Assembly: GCA_002281855.1 (NCBI GenBank)
Contig: NCHQ01000026.1
Coordinates: 12,015 to 76,014, forward strand
Source: Rhodospirillales bacterium 24-66-33
GTDB taxonomy: Bacteria > Pseudomonadota > Alphaproteobacteria > Reyranellales > Reyranellaceae
Length of the DNA: 64,000 nucleotides
Direction: 5' to 3'
Below the pieces are notes generated by a model. It worked only from the letters and a program-made list of their open reading frames with translations, ran no database searches and was not told the origin of the DNA. Made by a program: the position numbers and the translations under genes. Of the stretch, positions 62,294 to 64,000 are shown one piece after another; the first letter of the stretch is position 1, and every line of letters begins with the position of its first letter.

Positions 62294-63594
62294 GCCCGCC
62301 CGTGTCCGTCCCGGCCATCACCCGCAAACCCCTCCTGATCGGCGTCGCCGCCTGCCTCCTCCTCGTGTTCGGGGTCGGCGGCTGGGCGGCCACGACGCAG
62401 CTGTCCGGCGCGGTGATCGCGCCCGGTAAGCTCGTCGTCGACACGAACGTGAAGAAGATCCAGCACCCGTCCGGCGGCGTGGTCGGCGAGCTGCTGGTCA
62501 AGGAAGGCGACCGGGTGAAGCAGGGCGACGTCGTCGTCCGGCTCGACGGAACGCAGGCCAAGGCGAATCTCGGGATCGTGACCAAGGCGCTCGAGGAACT
62601 GGCGGCCCGCCAGGCGCGCTTCGAGGCGGAGCGCGACAACGACCGGGTGGTCGAGTTCCCACCCGAACTGACCTCGCGGGCAAGCGATCCGGAGATCGCG
62701 CGCCTGATGAGCGGCGAGCAGAAGCTGTTCGAAATGCGCCGCACCGCGCGCGACGGCCAGAAGGCCCAGCTCAAGGAGCAGATCAAGCAGCTCCACCTCC
62801 AGATCGACGGCACCCAGGCGCAGGAAGCCGCCAAGGGCAAGGAGCTGAAGCTGCTGGCGCAGGAGCTGGAGGGTGTGCGCACGCTCTGGAAGCAGAACCT
62901 GGTGCCGATCAGCCGGGTGACCACCCTGGAACGCGATTCGGCCCGCATGGAGGGCGAGCGCTCCGCCCTGGTCGCCTCGCTGGCACAGAGCCGCGGCCGC
63001 ATCGCCGAGCTCGAACTCAAGATTCACCAGATCGACCAGGATCTCAGCAGCGAGGTCGGCAAGGAACTGGCCGAGATCCGCGCCAAGAAGTCGGAGATGA
63101 GCGAGCGACGGATCTCGGCCGAGGATCAGTTGAAGCGCATCGATCTCGTGTCACCGCAGAACGGCAGGGTGTTCCAGAGGAACGTCCACACCGTCGGCGG
63201 CGTCGTCCAGGCGGGCGAGCCGCTCATGCTGATCGTGCCGGACTCCGACTCGCTGATCGTCGAGGCCAAGGTGGCGCCCCAGGACATCGACCAGATCCAC
63301 ATCGGCCAGCACGCCGTCCTGCGCTTCGCCGCCTTCAACCAGCGCACGACCCCCGAGGTCGATGGCGAGGTGATCCATATCGGCGCCGACGTCACGCAGG
63401 AGGACAGGGCGACCGAGCCCTATTACTCCGTGCGGATCCGCGTTTCCGAAGGCGAACTGTCCCGTCTCGAGGGACTGCACCTGCTGGCCGGCATGCCGGT
63501 CGAAGCCTTCATCCAGACCACGCCGCGCACCGTGGCATCGTTCCTGGTCAAGCCGCTGACGGACCAGCTCGCGCGCGCCTTCCGCGGGCGGTGA
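62290..63594 (+). CDS. Type I secretion system periplasmic adaptor (HlyD/PrtE/PrsE family)
   Basis: There is a 4-nt overlap with the ABC gene. It has an N-terminal TM helix, a long coiled coil, and C-terminal blocks P.DI..I..GQ.A.LRF.AF and ...VKPL.DQ, typical of T1SS membrane-fusion proteins. Confidence 0.9.
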   Translation: MSPPVSVPAITRKPLLIGVAACLLLVFGVGGWAATTQLSGAVIAPGKLVVDTNVKKIQHPSGGVVGELLVKEGDRVKQGDVVVRLDGTQAKANLGIVTKALEELAARQARFEAERDNDRVVEFPPELTSRASDPEIARLMSGEQKLFEMRRTARDGQKAQLKEQIKQLHLQIDGTQAQEAAKGKELKLLAQELEGVRTLWKQNLVPISRVTTLERDSARMEGERSALVASLAQSRGRIAELELKIHQIDQDLSSEVGKELAEIRAKKSEMSERRISAEDQLKRIDLVSPQNGRVFQRNVHTVGGVVQAGEPLMLIVPDSDSLIVEAKVAPQDIDQIHIGQHAVLRFAAFNQRTTPEVDGEVIHIGADVTQEDRATEPYYSVRIRVSEGELSRLEGLHLLAGMPVEAFIQTTPRTVASFLVKPLTDQLARAFRGR

Positions 63595-63600
63595 GTTTTT

Positions 63601-63688
63601 GTCGTCCTGAGCGAAGCGAAGGACCTGACAGAACGACCAATGGACTCCTTGGCGAACGTGAGATCCTTCGCTGCGCTCAGGATGACAT
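63601..63688. repeat. Intergenic palindromic element, family A, copy 2
   Basis: The arms are gtcgtcctgagcgaagcgaaggacc and gatccttcgctgcgctcaggatgac. The right arm overlaps the last codons and the stop of the GMC gene. Confidence 0.75.
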
Positions 63689-64000
63689 GGTGTCCTGCAG
63701 AACCATCTCCGCCGCCTTCTCGCCGATCATGATCGAGGGGGCGTTGGTGTTGCCGGAGGTCAGCGTCGGCATGATCGAGGCGTCGGCGATGCGCAGCCCT
63801 TCGATGCCGTGCACGCACAGCCGCGCATCGACCACGGCCATCGCATCCGAGCCCATCTTGCATGTGCCGACCGGGTGATAGGTCGTCTCGGCGGCCCGGC
63901 GCACCCAGTCGAGGATCTCGTCGTCGCTGTTGCCGCCCGGTCCCGGCGCGATCTCGGCCACCTGCAGCGGCGCCATGGCCGGTGCGGTCATGATGGCGCG
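63677..64000 (-). CDS. GMC-family oxidoreductase (choline-dehydrogenase-like), C-terminal part; N-terminus lies beyond the window
   Basis: TTYHPVGTCKMG and LRIADASIMP....GNTNAP.IMIGEKAA are the conserved C-terminal GMC blocks. Confidence 0.85.
   Translation of the reverse strand, partial: RAIMTAPAMAPLQVAEIAPGPGGNSDDEILDWVRRAAETTYHPVGTCKMGSDAMAVVDARLCVHGIEGLRIADASIMPTLTSGNTNAPSIMIGEKAAEMVLQDTMSS

Overview
High-GC (by eye about 65-70%) chromosomal segment that looks like a free-living alphaproteobacterium of the Hyphomicrobiales (Bradyrhizobium/Bosea-like). That assignment is inference from gene content, Bug/TctC and HisKA_2 proteins, and the LSAAKDL-type intergenic palindromes. The window is densely coding, with about 58 supportable CDS on both strands. 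I saw no rRNA, tRNA, CRISPR, transposase, integrase or phage genes. Most content is accessory redox and catabolic metabolism. This includes two orphan CoxL/xanthine-dehydrogenase-type Mo subunits, a type I Baeyer-Villiger monooxygenase, a second flavin monooxygenase, an aromatic-ring hydroxylase and an acyl-CoA dehydrogenase pair. It also includes an amidohydrolase coupled to a COG0523 GTPase, an enolase-superfamily dehydratase, and GST, VOC, SRPBCC and YceI proteins. Transport genes include modBC without modA, two MFS transporters, a GntP-like permease, orphan solute-binding proteins, and a truncated RND adaptor at the left edge. Stress genes are an orphan groEL, a csp gene and a GlsB/YeaQ gene. 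Regulators are Crp/Fnr, a GAF-HisKA_2 kinase, a LytS/LytTR pair and TetR. Five items stand out. (1) A leaderless 1044-aa glycanase has the layout CBM2-like, Calx-beta repeats, CBM2-like, with the GH5 catalytic domain apparently nested inside the fourth Calx-beta repeat. It sits divergent from a LytS/LytTR system. (2) A polysaccharide locus at 55.8-63.6 kb holds a secreted GH5, three glycosyltransferase-type genes (one disrupted at a G6 tract) and a PrtD/PrtE-type T1SS with no outer-membrane component or RTX substrate in the window. (3) A bacterial SET-domain protein follows a PEP-mutase/isocitrate-lyase-family gene. (4) Two tandem paralogous tail-anchored proteins lie directly downstream of a groES-less groEL. 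(5) Several operons are translationally coupled through ATGA or GTGA overlaps. Two families of nested-hairpin intergenic repeats (two copies each) show compensatory substitutions. All functional calls come from reading motifs in the translations. No database search was run.
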